Source: Octopus bimaculoides (taxonomy: Eukaryota). Taken from it: a stretch of 64,000 nt of DNA. Below, one piece after another: positions 24,015 through 38,164 of this stretch. Numbering within the stretch: the stretch's first letter is position 1; each line of letters begins with the position of its first letter. The stretch lies in the NCBI RefSeq assembly GCF_001194135.2, contig NC_068989.1, positions 32,498,862-32,562,861 on the forward strand, in the 5' to 3' direction. A program made the position numbers and the translations under genes. The notes under the pieces are model-generated. The model saw only the letters and a program-made list of their open reading frames with translations. It did not search any database and had not been told where the DNA came from.

Positions 24015-25600
24015 CTGAGCCCTATAATCATGTGGACAACTGCTATTTTTGTAGCCTAAATTTGAAGGGTATTAACTGGAAAAATCAACAAATGCTTGTC
24101 TATCCTAATATTGCCTCTGCTATTAGACCAGTTCCACACAGTGAAGAGCTTCCTGTTCCTGTCTTCAATGTCTTGCTCAGATAACTCTACCCTAAACCAA
24201 AGAAGACTCATCACCTGAAGATGACACTAGAGATCAAGGCTTTTCAGTCGAGACTTTACCTCAGCTATTCTCCCAGGTAGAGCTGAATGATCTAGTTCGT
24301 GACTTGAACGTCCAAAAAAATTCTGCAGAACTGTTGCTTCTCGACTGAAATAGAAGAATCTTCTCGAGAATGGTGTCCGTATAACATTTTATCGGAGTCG
24401 GCATGAAGAGTTCCTTTCTTTTTTTTACAAAAGAGGAAGAGCTGGTTTACTGCAGAGATGTCAGTGGGCTTCTTAATAAACTTGGCATTGAGGAATACAA
24501 ATCAGAAGAGTGGCGTCTTTTTATAGACAGCTCTAAGCGTAGTTTAAAATGTGTATTGTTGCACAATGGAAATGTGTATAGCTCTGTCCCACTCCGCCAT
24601 GCAACAACTCTGAACGAAAAATTTGAAGAAATTAAGTTGGTTTTAGTGAAGATACTGTATCATGATCATAAATGGGTCATCTGCATTGACTTAAAGATGG
24701 TGAATTTTCTCATGGGACAGCAATCTGGTTATACCAAATACCCATGCTTTCTTTGCATGTGGAACAGTAGAGACCGAGTAAACCACTATGTTAAGAAAGA
24801 CTGGCTGTCTCCAACAAATATGGCTCCATGTAGAGCTGCCAATATATTGGAAGAACCTTTAGTTGAACAAGATAAGATCATTTCCCCCCTTTGCACATCA
24901 AACTCGGATTGAACAAGCAATTTGTCAAAGCTCTTGACAAAAACGGTGTGCTTCAAGTATATCTGCAGTGTATTTCCAGGCTTAGTGATTGAAAAACTTA
25001 AAGCAGAGATTTTTGATGGGCCACAGATCTGTAAGCTCTTGGAGGACACAAATTTCGTGAAAACAATGAGCAAAAATGAAGCATCAGCTTGGCTAACCTT
25101 TGCAGAAATAGTGCAAAATTTCCTTGGCATTAATATGAGCATCAAAATGCATTATCTTTTTAGTCATCTTGATTGTTTTCCTGAAAATCTGAGATGTTAG
25201 CGATGAACAAGGCGAACGATTCCATCAGGACATCAAGGAGATCGAAACTTGGTACCAAGAACGTTGGGATGCTGTGATGATGGCAAACTATTGCTGGTGT
25301 TTAAAACGAGATATTCCTGTTGCTTAACATACATGGTGCACAAAGAAGCGTAAATTTATTCCTTGAATTTTCAGCCAAAAATCTTTGCCAATGTGCATTT
25401 TCAATTTTTATTTCTACTTTGTTTTGTATTACACTCTCTTTATTGATTCATATGATATGCCTCTTGTATGAATAAAATACTTACTCTATCAGGTCTAGTC
25501 AGAAAACCAGACCTGAAAGAGAAAAACTGAAGTTATTTTTGGATTTAGCAGGCAAAAATCAAATAGGAATTTGTTGAAATATTCCAGGCACCAGACCAAA
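24015..25600 (+). mobile_element. Chapaev (Chapaev3-like) DNA transposon remnant
   Basis: EPYNHVDNCYFC, SAIRPVPHSEELPVP, WRLFIDSSKRSLKCVLLHNGN, GYTKYPCFLCMW, FDGPQI, NMSIKMHYLFSHLD, DEQGERFHQDI; frameshifted. Confidence 0.75.
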
Positions 25601-27099
25601 AAAAAAAAAATTTTATTAGTAATTATTAATAAATGTGATATGCTTGCCTATGTAATAATTGCATATGTCAATAATTTTAATCTGCACTGAGAGCACAACA
25701 GATGTCAATTCAAATGCTAAATTGCAATTTGATAAAAACATTAAATACAAACTCAGAACAGAAAATGGAAAACCCAAGAATCAAAGTAACTTCTCGTACA
25801 TTTCACTCATCACACATAATTAATGAACAATAATTCATTTACTTTTTTAAAGTCTAAACTGTACACAATTGTAATTGTTGTTTGGGGCATTAAAACAGCA
25901 CTAAGCACTCTTCTATGTGAGATACAAAGTTTAGTCTTTTAGAGAACTTTCTCTCAAAAGACTTCCTGTGAGATTACTTTTTGCATTTTATCAAGTGAAT
26001 TTCTACGGATTTTTTTTCTTCTTTGATTTAACATAATGGTGTTAATACCTCAAGCAATGAGTTAGAATTCAGTAGCATTTACTAATGATTTTTTTTAGGA
26101 GGAGAATTTGGGAGAAAATAATTAGTCATATTTTGACATCACCTATACACACCAACAATGTGATATCAGGATTTACTGATTCCAAGTGGGAGTGAAGTTA
26201 TAGTTGACCATGGCATTGATACTTTCATAAGCAAATGGTAAGGATTAAACAAAAAAACAATATACTGATATATTTTAAATACAGGGTCTCTGCATATTGG
26301 TGGGTTTATGAGGGGAGCATTATTATTATAAGAGTAAATAGCATTAATTTATTAATGATGTGAGACAAAACCTTTGAAAGAAGATAAAGGCATATCTTGG
26401 AATACTTTTTTCTCATGGGAGTTGTGCAGCTGACACGTTATAGAGACTACTAGAGCACAAATTCAAGTTTGAAACAAGAAACCAATGCCCCAGCAATTGA
26501 TATCATACATAGTTGCGAAAGCACACGTCAACTCACATGATACAGACAGAAAGTCTATTGATAGAAACTTAGACATAATGAACTAAATGCAATTCACCGT
26601 AATCTCTAGTTTCTGATAGGATTGGGAGATTTATAGAGAAAAAATATAGGCATTTCAGAGGAGATGGAAACAACATTTGTTGTCACTTCTGACTACCATC
26701 TGAATATTTCTATAAATGTATTTCTGATATTTGACCTTATCATTTACAATCATTAAATTACCAAACTTACATAATTACAAATTTGCAGCCATTATCACAA
26801 AAATATACTGTATATGGATTACATACATTTATATTGATGAATGCATCAATGGTCAACCAAACAAGCTACATGTTGAATACCAACTAGCTATATTGTAGGT
26901 ACAAAACTTGGACTGAAAGTAATGCCAAAGTTGACATAACTTTCTTTTCTCCATACTAGGTGTGAGTAGTCATATGGGTCCTTCTGCAAGAACCTGCTCT
27001 GCACAATTCTCTCATATTAATCCTTTCATCCCCCAAGCACAAAGCTGGTCCCACCCCCACCTACCCCAGGGCTCATAGTCTTTTGAACAGTACGGCAAC

Positions 27100-27280
27100 C
27101 TAAACAGTGCAGGTGGTGTGATAAAAGCACCCAGTCCACTTTGTTAAGTGGCTGGCATTAGGAAGGACATCCAGCCATAAAAACCATGCCAAAGCAGACA
27201 TTGAAGCTTGATGCAGTCCTTGGACACATAAGTTCCTATCAAAGCATCTTACCCATGCCAGCATGGACCATGATGATGAT
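27100..27280 (+). mobile_element. SINE family B
   Basis: GGCATTAGGAAGGACATCCAGCC...CCATGCCAGCATGGACCATGATGATGAT. Confidence 0.75.
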
Positions 27281-27559
27281 TGTAAGTCATTCAAACTGCA
27301 AACTGTTATAACTTTTCTTCCTATTCTTCTTCATTGCAGGTAAATAATAGGTTCCATAAATAATAAGTTCCATGCAGAAGCAATGTACCATCATTGTCAG
27401 AAGGCTACAGGTATTTACAAAGAAGACACCACAAACAAAAGCAATGTGCATAGATGAACGAAGAAGCACAAAAAAGTAGAAATCAGCACTGAAGACAAAC
27501 CATAGAATCAGAAACCATCAATACTGACCACTGACATGAATTGTCTGCAAGTGGGTGAA

Positions 27560-28200
27560 TTGAGTTGCACAGACTGATGTCATTATCTCTGAGCTTGCTA
27601 CATAACTGGACTATGGTCACAATGCATTAAAGAAGATAGTGGACATCAAAAAGTGTGTGCAAAGTTATTATACCTCAGCAGCTGACTCATGATTTGAAGG
27701 AGAAAAGTGTAGATGTCTGCTCTATTCTGCTGAAAATGTTTGAAACAAATGAAAACATGTTTTTTATTGATCTGATGACAGGAGATGAAATGAAATGCGG
27801 CTATGTCTTTATAGGAAATAGCACTACACTTTCCAAAGTCCAAGGGCCATCAATCAATATAAAAAGTTGTTTTTCAATGACAAGGTCACCATTCTCCTCA
27901 ATTTCCTAGGACATGGCTGTACCGTGAACAGTGAGTGAGACACTAAAAAGACTATAAAAAGTCCGAAGGAGGAAAACAGAGAGAACAAGAATCATACAAC
28001 CCAGATATGGTGCCCTCTGACTTTCACCTGTTCAGTCCAATGAAGGATAGTCATCATGGACATAGATGAAGAGGTCGTGAAGAAGTGGAAGCTATAATAT
28101 ATTCTAAGCGTTTTCAAAAGTAATGTCAGCAACTAGTAAGCAAAAGCTTGCCTGTGGGACTACTATTTTCTGGATGTAATCTCAACTGTTTGTACATATG
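27560..28200 (+). mobile_element. Internally deleted mariner transposase remnant
   Basis: KVCAK..IPQQLTHDLKEKSVDVC...LMTGDE and PDMVPSDFHLFSPMK (YSPDLAPSDFHLF motif). Confidence 0.8.
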
Positions 28201-30169
28201 CCACAGCTGCATTGTTCTAAATATATTGCATGTTGCTTGTGAAAGGTCACTAACAATTTAGAGTTTATGTATTCCTACCCTTACTGGGGAAGTCTAGCCT
28301 TTGTGATGAGGTCTTTGATATAGTCTATGTGCATTTATATGAAACACCAAAAGAATTTGTAAAAATTAAAATAGTTTTAGTTTGTATTAAAAATAGGAAG
28401 TTTGTGTGTTTCTTTGAGATATTAATGGTTGATTTGGTACCACTAAATGAGGCTAAGTTATTATATGCCCATTATGCTTAGTTTTCAGGTCAATAATACT
28501 TATGTGCATAAGTGATAGAAATTGTAGAGGTGAGAAAAAGATCAAGGCTGTTAGTCAAAAACACAAACTGAAAACTGACCCCAACTTCATGTTTCATTTT
28601 TATTCTTTGTCAGAAGAAAATTAAAAGGATTCATTCCTTACACATTTTCATTGTCTTTTTCTGTTGACTAAAACTAGTGTCACATACATGTCTTTTAAGC
28701 TAATAAAACCTAGGTTATTCCTCTTCATACAAGTACAGTAAGCACTGAGGCTTACACTCATCTAACCTTAGAGTGCAAGCAGTATTAAGGAACTTTGGGA
28801 GGATTCTCAGTCTTAGTCTTTTGGGAAACATCATTATGGAAAACAGTTGACCTCAGCAGAATGTGATCTCAGAATATAAATGACCCAAGCAGAAAACTGT
28901 ATTTTGTCCAATGCTCTAATAATTCTGCAGTCTTTTCCAGGAGGGATGAATTGAAAAGCAGATCTTAGCAAGCTTTTAACTCAAAATGTGGAGTGATAAC
29001 ATTTAAAATCTAGAGACCAATACTGTTTCTGCTCCTCCATTATGGACAATGCTCACAATAATGACCCTCAACACAGGGACAAGACCACACATTTTTTTAA
29101 GGTGATATAGTTGATCAAACTGACTTGAGTATTTGGTAAGTACCTTATTTCAAAATACAATGAAAGGATGAAGGACAAAGTAAACCCCAGGAGGGTTTGG
29201 AATCTGAATGCAAAGGAATACAAACTGACTGGACTATATTCTTCAAAGAATACTTACAGCTACTGATTCACACCAAAAGTGAGATATTAATTTAAAGTTT
29301 TGCTCATATGATACTGTATAGCTTTATAACATCAACTTAACAGTGAATATAAAATATCTTATTGCCACTCCTTTTTTGGCTAGTTCAATGTAGTTTCAAA
29401 ATAACTTATTTCAATACCTACAAAAAATTTTGTAGGTATTGAAATAAATTTTGTAAGTCATGTATTTTTTTTTACTAGTAACTCACTAACTAATGCATTA
29501 CTTATGAACAAAAATATAATTTCAGGACATTTTCACTAACATTGATCAAATTGTAGTAACATTCAAAGCCTCAACAAGCTGTGCACCAATGATCTAACAG
29601 TGAATAAACATCATCTGAACATCAATTTACTGCTGAAAATACTGCTCTTCTTACAGTGTCTTTATACTTAATCAGTGCTGATCAAATGACAGAAGACAAA
29701 TCTACACTGCAAATAACACCTATTTCAAGACAAAATATTGAAGCTTAATACTCTGTTTTGGACTGACTTAATAAGATACTAGTTCAAAATGCTATCCACT
29801 CTAATTTATAAAAAAAAAAAAAAGAAAAAAAAAATCTTTGTTCAGGAAAATGAAAGTTGGAATTTTGAAATATAAAAAGAATACTGCATTGAAATGTAGA
29901 TGCAATTTTTACTTTGTGTCCACTTCCAAGTTTTTTTATGTTTTTTTAACAGCAAACAAACATTAAATGTATTTCTTCAGAAACAATTTTTTAAAATACA
30001 TATTTGTGTAAATAAGTGTATGCTGAGTTACATAAATGACATCTATTACTTTTGGCAGAAGCTAATTTCCTGGCAACTGTTAGAGGTTTCCAACTAAACC
30101 AGCTTTGCCAGATTTCTAGCACTAACTTTCACACAAAATCATGTACCAAAGATCTTTACTTTTAACTTT

Positions 30170-30535
30170 CATTTTAGTCAGTGGGCTGCAGTCATGCTGA
30201 GATATTACCTTGAAGGGTTTTAGTTAATGTTTTGGCAAAAGAGATTGACAGAATAAGTACCAGATTTTTAGAAAATAAATTTTAGAGGACTTGTTTAAGT
30301 TATGTGGACATAAACAAACCAACACCAGTTGTCAAGCAGAGATGGGGGGGGGGTGCAAATACAAACACACACATGATGGGCTTCAACACAGTTTTCTTCT
30401 ACCAAATTCATTCAGAAGAGATTGGTAGGCCTAGGGATATAATAGAAGACACTTACTCCAGTTGCCATGTAGATGCAATGAGCCCAAAATTATGTAATTG
30501 CAAAGCAAGCTTCTAAACCTCACAGCCAAGCCTGA
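30170..30535 (-). mobile_element. Old SINE family A copy
   Basis: Colinear, decayed match to 19200-19575. Confidence 0.65.
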
Positions 30536-31599
30536 ACCTATATCCAATCTAAATTATAATCTGTCAACTTATCTTTACCAATTCCACATTAAAGAGAAGT
30601 AGAAGAACTGTTGTATAGACACTTCATCACAAACTAAAACTCATGCAAGAACTAGTTGAAAAATCCCTTTTGAATTGAATTACTGGCAATTTATGACATT
30701 ACTTTTCAGCTAAGGAAACAATGTAAAATTCTTTGCCAAAAAGAAAACTACATTGCTAGGTTAACAGATACTTGCAACTCACCATTTAAAATTTATCCAT
30801 ATAAGTTGAGAAAACTTATGCACAAATAATCAATAAGAACATTTAACTTAGAAACATTGAAGCAAAATAGTATTTTGTACAGCTAGCAACCCATACGCCC
30901 CATGCTTGTTTAATTAAAATTAATGAAATAAATGTTTAATTGATGGAAGTTCAACTTAAATAGTTGTCCATTATCTCCAATCAGTTGTACCTCATTAGAT
31001 CTATAAACTGGAGAAAGTGGACGGAATTGTGCATTTGACTAGAGTTTCTAGTCAGTCAGTTTGCTTGGAGACATAAAACACTCAGTTCCATAACTCACTA
31101 ATTTGCCTGCTACATGGAATAAGTCAAATTCTTAAAATACTTTCTTACTGATTTGTAAACAATTCTATAAAGGTATCATGTATGAATTCATAACTTAGGA
31201 TCATGTATGACCATGTAGCTGAGAAGTTCATTTCCCAACCACTCAAAAAGCTGACCAAAGCCTTTTAAATGGATTTGCTTAACAAAAATTGAAAAGCTCA
31301 TTATATATATTTTTGTGCATTTGTATCTCATTGACTTGACATTGGGTGATAGTTGTAAATGAACCTCACCGTCATGGGAAGTATTATCTTAATCGAAAAT
31401 AGATGAGGGGTGGCAACAAGAACATTCAGCTATAAAAATTCTTCCAGCAAATCTCCTCGGATCCATGAAAGCTAGGAAAACTAAGTTTGAACTGGTAAGA
31501 CACTGCAGGTGTTATTTCACATTCACACAGAGTACATTAAACATAAAAGACTTGGGGATTACTTAGATTTTTATGAAGATTTTGACTCCAGTACTTTTA

Positions 31600-34500
31600 C
31601 CATAGATTTTAAAATTCAAATCTTGACAGGAATAGCAACTTCAAATGCACCCCCAAAACAACCAATTAAGTCATATTTATAGCAAATAAATGGAAAATAT
31701 AAATAAAGAAAAATATCTTAGAAAACTAGGAAAGAAAATCAATGAAACATTTTCCATTAATCTTCCAATATTTCTATTGTATGAAAACTGAATAAAAACA
31801 GTTACAACACGAAGCAAACAATTCACTGTTATATACTGAAAATATTTTTTAAAAGGGTACCGTAATGAAGTATGTAACTGCCTAAATAACCAAAATAATA
31901 CATTAACAAGTGAAGGAAATCCTATATTTCTTTTTAATTGACCTTTCAAAAACAATCTGAAACTAGTAACACAAAAGAAAAACTCTCACTCATGATTCTG
32001 AACAAAACATATGGAAATTTGTACCAACATATTCATTTAAACAACTTTATAAAAATTTCGAATGAAAGTAAACTTTTAAACAACTTCGAAAGCATTACAT
32101 AAATCTCAAGAAGTAAGATTTTATATTCTTTAAACTTTAAAATATATAAGTAATATTTTCAATATTTCAAAAATACAAAAACAAATTCTACCATATATCA
32201 AATAAGTTTCATAGCCATCTTTAAAACTCGTAAAAAAAATTAAAATTATCATCATTAAGTCAGCGGCACGATTAAGAGCAAATAAAGTATGATTACAAAC
32301 AGATCGCAGTTAATGCACAAGAGAATGTATAAGCATTTAGTTTAGAATCCATGTTATTTAATTAAAAGCAAATTTTTTAGATTTTTATCCCTCGAGAAAA
32401 TGTAATTATAATATATGTAATAATATTAGTTGTAGTGTTGATATTTAGAGATGTAAGTATAGTTCCTGTTGAGTGTTACAAGTAGTTGTCAAGTTGTTAA
32501 TGACAATGTAGCAGCAATCTAAATGCTTCCAACTTCGTGATGGTAAATTGTGCTGGCACAAACACGATTTAAGTCAAGGATAAAGCTGTCACTGATGTCA
32601 GTTTTTTTTTTCCTTCTAGAATGAATATTTTTGATGAATTTAGATAATTATTTTATTTCTTATATTTAAAATATCAGAGACGAGAAAAGACTGACCATCC
32701 TCTTTTCTACTCATTATATCAGTTCTCGTTATAATGAAATCAGTCCTACATTTTCTTAATGATAAATAAAAAATGAAAAAAAAAAAAAAAACAATGTTTT
32801 TAACATAACTTTATTAAATATTAAATTCAAAACAGAAAAACTGAATAAAAATTTTAAAATGTATTAATATAAAAAACAGTTATTTAGCAATAAAATATTA
32901 AAAATAAGTTTTCAATATAACATACGATTAAACGTAGAGAAAATCTAGTATTAATTTTAATAAAGCTCATAAAAACTGAAAAATATTATTCAAAGTTTTA
33001 ACAATTTAAATACAACAGAAATTTCAGATAGATTTAAGAATATATGATTTTAATAATGCCCTAAACATTAATTTCTTGCCCATATATAATAAATATTATA
33101 AACAACAAAAATCACCATAAGATTTGATCTTTTTAAATGCAATGTCAGTAATTTGTTAACTTTAATCTGATAAATAACCTGTTTTTATACGAAGGCAATT
33201 AAAAAAAAATGAGTGCAATTTATAAGTCTAAACCTCATACTGATCTCACTTGAAGCATGTCAAAGAATTAGAAAAACATTGATTACAATATATTTTAAAA
33301 TGAAGTCTCGTTTTCTTTCAACCGAAGCAGAATATAAAAATTTTGATTAAATATACAAACGAAACGCAAAAAGAACCCAACTACTACAGCTTAACTGTTA
33401 TCCGCACAATAAGTTTCAATATCAGTTTATGTCTCCGTTTGCCATTAAAAAATATGTCACCGATTTTAAGTGATATATACTACAATATATCAAAAACTGT
33501 AGCACCTCGTTAAACCTTTTACATTTCAATGGTTCAATTTGAGGAACCTATCAGAATGTAACTTAAAGAGTAAACACAGCGACATAAACAGACTAAAAAT
33601 AAAATAAAATGATTAACTGGTCGTCTAAGTGACTATAAAAATCCATTCTGAATTCATTTACAGAATATCTTTAAGTACTCGTCGCAATACAATATCTAAC
33701 AGAAACTGAACTAATTAAAAGGCGTATTCTGTCCTGAGTATACAAATCTACTAAAATAATTGCAAATCTTAAAATTTTCTAACAAGGGCCTTAAGCAACA
33801 CATTCTATATACAACCTTCAGAAAATTTAAGGTCAACAAATTAAATTTAGTAAAGATTTATTATAAATAAATATCTGAAAATCAATAGAAATGAAGGGGG
33901 TAAAAAAATACATCTATTTGGTTTATTTCGCAAAGTTAAAAAATAAAACAATTTCAATCAAAATTGTATGCATACAAGCCCTACTCAATTATTCTGTATA
34001 TTTATAAATACAACAGCTGTTAAATTACATTATTTAACAAGAAATATTAAAATATACAGCATCATGCTTATAATACGAACTAAGAAGTTCATTAAAAATG
34101 CCTAACAAAAATTAAAGAAAACAATGTGATCAACAGAATAAGAGACAAACCATCAATTATGTAACTAAATAGATTAATCTTTAACAGAGTAAATCAACTT
34201 GTCAAAATATTTTGAAATTCTTACAAGAACGCGTGTAAATTAAATATTTTTTCCAATCTGATACAAAAAAAGGGGGTATGACAACAGTTAAGTTGACAAA
34301 CATCAATACGATGCTTTATTTAAACAATATAACTATAAAGTATTACTTATACTCGATATGTAAACTGACATAGCTAATAATGAGTGAATGTCAAGATAGA
34401 GAAGATGACTTCCTCACCCTTCAACTAATTTACACGTCACTGTCAATTGATATAATTATACGACACACGAATGTTAAGACACTTTTAATTTTATAAACAT

Positions 34501-37200
34501 ATGCAATAAACAATTATGAATTATTTCCTTTGAATGTACTGACTTCCGTTAAAATGTCAACCAACATATATTCAGAAGCAAGACGTGTTTACTTCGATCT
34601 TCATAAATTTCCATTTTCAAAATTAATACAATTATCATATCAAGCAATAAAATTTACAATTCAACAATATAATTGTTTACGGAATCAAAGTCATAAGATA
34701 TCAGTAACTAGATGACAGGATTTGAAATATTTTTCTCTCCTCTCTCATCATGTTAAAGTGAGCTCTGATTATAATCAAAGAACTTTGACCATGACTGATG
34801 ATCAACTTATACAATAACAAAGTTCTACAAACGAAACTAAATAAATGTAGAAAAATCTGTGTTGGGTAAAGAGAATCTAACAATAGTTATAATGGTACTT
34901 AAAAGAAATTAACCATATAAATGCGTTGCCAATCTCGATCTGCCTCTCTCCCTCTCTTCCATACATACAGATTTCTCTATATGCCTGTATCCTTTCTAAA
35001 TATAATTGTTGAACAGTCAAGCTTCTCACAAAAATTTAGGTCACAACACGAAGTAGACACATCGCCATCTCTTACTCATACTACTACTACTACTTTCAAA
35101 ACTGCTACTATTTACACGGCAACTAACAACTACTAACAACGTCGTACCATACTTATATACTACCAAACAAATTAGTCGTTTTCCAGTCTTTCGGTGCAAG
35201 ACCTGTTGAAAGGGATACAAGAATATCAAATGGCAAAACAAACCTAGTGATATTGAATTCTTTTATTGTTATGCTTATAGCATTTATTTCACTCCCTTGT
35301 CAGTGTAGACACATGTATATTATATAAAGCGCAAATATAACGCACAAAAGGAGCGGTGATTATTCATATATAATATATATGGTGACTAAATATATTGTAT
35401 TTTATTCGATTAACACAAAATAAAACTGAATTTTAGAAAGAAAAATACAGAAATTAACTAATTCGACGAAAACGACTGTTCTGGTTTTTATATCTACCAC
35501 TACTTACTAATCGCTTATTAAGGCATCATCACAGGGAGATAGAAGTAGCTCGTGGTATTCTAAAGTGTAGTACCTCAGCAGATGTAGATGAAATAAACGA
35601 TAAGGGCCAACTCACCTTCATTATGCGATTTCTGTTCCCAATTGAGTTGGGATATCCCCATCTTGGCAGCCATCTTTAATACTTTACGCGTACATTAGCG
35701 TCCTCTGTCGGTGGATGGTGACATTACTAAATCTCCTCCCCCTTTCACTCATCATCGTGCCATTTCTCCAACTTTGTCACGCTGTGTACTCCGCCTTTTG
35801 CTCTTATCACGTCTACCAATTCTTTCGATACATTCACTTTTAGAATATGCGGTATCATATATAAGATGATTACAATAACAGCTTTGTTTATCATAAATCT
35901 TCTGCCTACAGATGACACCAACTTCAATTTTTTCACAGTAAATCAAATTGCTGTAAAATACCTGTTTGTCTCAGTCTGTTTCACAAGAAAATGCGCTTTT
36001 GATGTCAGTGGTTCTAATCAGATGACTGTGAAATGTATATTTTGGAATTCCATTCTGGTTTTATTATTTTATGTTTAAGAATAAAAATACAACTATATAG
36101 AAAATGTCTTTTTACTGATATTCAGCAAACATGACAAAAATAATCACTCACAACATAAATAGATTTGTAAATACAACAAAGATTTCATAGAATTTCTGCT
36201 TATGTCAAAATAGGACCACTGATGAAAAGAGATCGATTCACGCTTTCCAAATGGAGAAAAGTTGACGAAAAACATTTTACAGTAATAATGTAAAATTCTG
36301 ACATGAAGCTCATTGCAACATATAATCTAACAAAATTTCAGAAAGAAACTGAAAATAATTTGAAAATAAATAATCCAGTAGTTTGATAATGAGAATTCAA
36401 ATAATCCATAACTGAGTAAATTAATACTTTACAATGTCTTCGATTTTCTCACAAGTATTCCATCACTAATAATAATTGTAATATTATTAACTAGCCACAT
36501 CATCTTTGTTGATTATTTGCTTGGAACAGGAGCCATACATATAATTACATTCATGAACTAAGTGTCCACACGAATCTTTTAGTTTGTATTCTTCCGTTAT
36601 CATAGCTCTAATAGGTCACATTCATAGTAGTCATAAATTATACTTGTCTTTAAGGTGATTAATGATAGTTGTAATAGGAAAAATACTCAAGAAATATGTT
36701 TACGTTCCAGAGTCAGAATTTCTGGCTCTGCAAATGGAAATGGATTGGTTTACAAGCAAGCAGAAGACCACGCGGAAATGGCAGCGTAATTCATATTCAC
36801 TATGTATGGAACGTCAAAAGTGTCTGAATGTGGTAAATAAATCTGAAACGAAAATATCCATTTGATTGATCTTAATTTTTCTATGAACCTTCGAATATAT
36901 ATTTTTTTTAATTATATTTTTTGAAATATAAAATTTGCAACACATAAAGATGCTGCTATATCTCTTGAGCATCGCAGCGCTATCAACATCATAGATGCAA
37001 TCGGAACAATCTGTAGCCGATAGAAACAAAATGAGACCCAAAAAAAAAACAGAATGTGAACGAAAACAAACACTTTCTCTAAACTGGCCTGTTACTGTTA
37101 TGAATTTTTTTACATGCAATTTTTTCCCATACTTGTTTTTGGCTTCTTGAAAAATTCTGATAAAAATATTTTTTTAAGTTATTACCAAATTTCTAAATAG
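31600..37200. promoter_or_regulatory. CpG-retaining island without recognisable TEs; probable unmethylated promoter/first-exon region
   Basis: CG dinucleotides are visibly several-fold more frequent than in flanking unique DNA (about 12 in 33300-33700 versus about 3 in 37200-38100); contains a YY1-like AAGATGGCTGCC motif. Confidence 0.55.
35616..35673 (-). CDS. Candidate first coding exon of an unidentified minus-strand gene (MAAKMGISQLNWEQKSHNE, phase 1)
   Basis: AAGATGGCTGCC start context, 58-nt open exon, strong donor AAG|GTGAGT at 35615, inside the CpG island; the downstream DNA is T-rich on the minus strand, as expected for an intron. Confidence 0.5.
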
Positions 37201-38164
37201 TTTATCATAAAAAACATAAAGACTCATAAAATAATTTCCTCCATAATGAAGTTTACTAGAAAAAAAAAATACTTTGATAGAATGTATTCAACATTTGAAC
37301 ATTTTCATCATCATTATTTTATGTCCATCGGTTGGATGGGGTTTTTTCCAGCACAACACCTAAACTCTTGTTGCAATCTAATGTCATTTCCTTCATGAGG
37401 TTCAGCATCATCACTTCATTTTGTGCTTTCCTCAGTTTCACTCTCCTTCTTGGATAGTTTGGTACTTCTACAATCATTCATGGAAATGTATTTTAGGAAC
37501 TAGGGATATGCTAAGACTCATGAGGTTCAGATTAGGAATGAAATGGGTGGTTAGATGACATAACCCATCGAATGAGCTGAAAAGTAAGAGAAAGCTGTTC
37601 TCTTATGAACCCACTAATTTCCATCACTATTCACAAACAACAATCATCCTTCATACACATCATATGTTTGTACTATAAACTGATTACTAGAATATATAAG
37701 TTCATATCAGAATACTTTAAAGAAAGTATCTGAAGTACAAAGGAAGTTTTGCATATTCAAAATGAAAGTTCCAAGATGAAAATGTAATCATATAAATCCT
37801 ATTGAAATGTTTCAAAGTGAGGAAGAACTTTAATGGCTGCAAAAAAAATATTGGAAAATTTAAATAGGGTGACAATTACTAAACACAGATCTCTATGAAA
37901 TGCATTCTCATGGAAATAATATGCAATGATGATGATAATTAAATTATGTGAACAAAATGTATGAACACTTTAAAATAAAGTATAAAGATTATGAAGATTG
38001 GCACGTGTCTAAAAAGTATATTCATTAAATCAGTTTGCATGTATTATGTCAGCAGCAACTACTGTGGTGTAGCTAATAGGGAGGAAAGGGAGTGACTGCA
38101 CCCCTGAGCACATTGTTCAAAATTGGCACATTTTCAACAATTTTTTAAAAACTCTTTATATATG

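Noticed and set aside
27313-27346. Plus-strand polypyrimidine-CAG|GTAAAT recursive-splice-like site
   Set aside because: No evidence of plus-strand transcription here; the local strand bias favours a minus-strand gene; such motifs arise by chance in AT-rich DNA
36221-36280. CTGATGA followed by a short stem
   Set aside because: No correctly placed GAAA or NUH; the other CTGATGA hits (e.g. ~2565, 16658, 27773, 34796) also fail to fold as hammerheads
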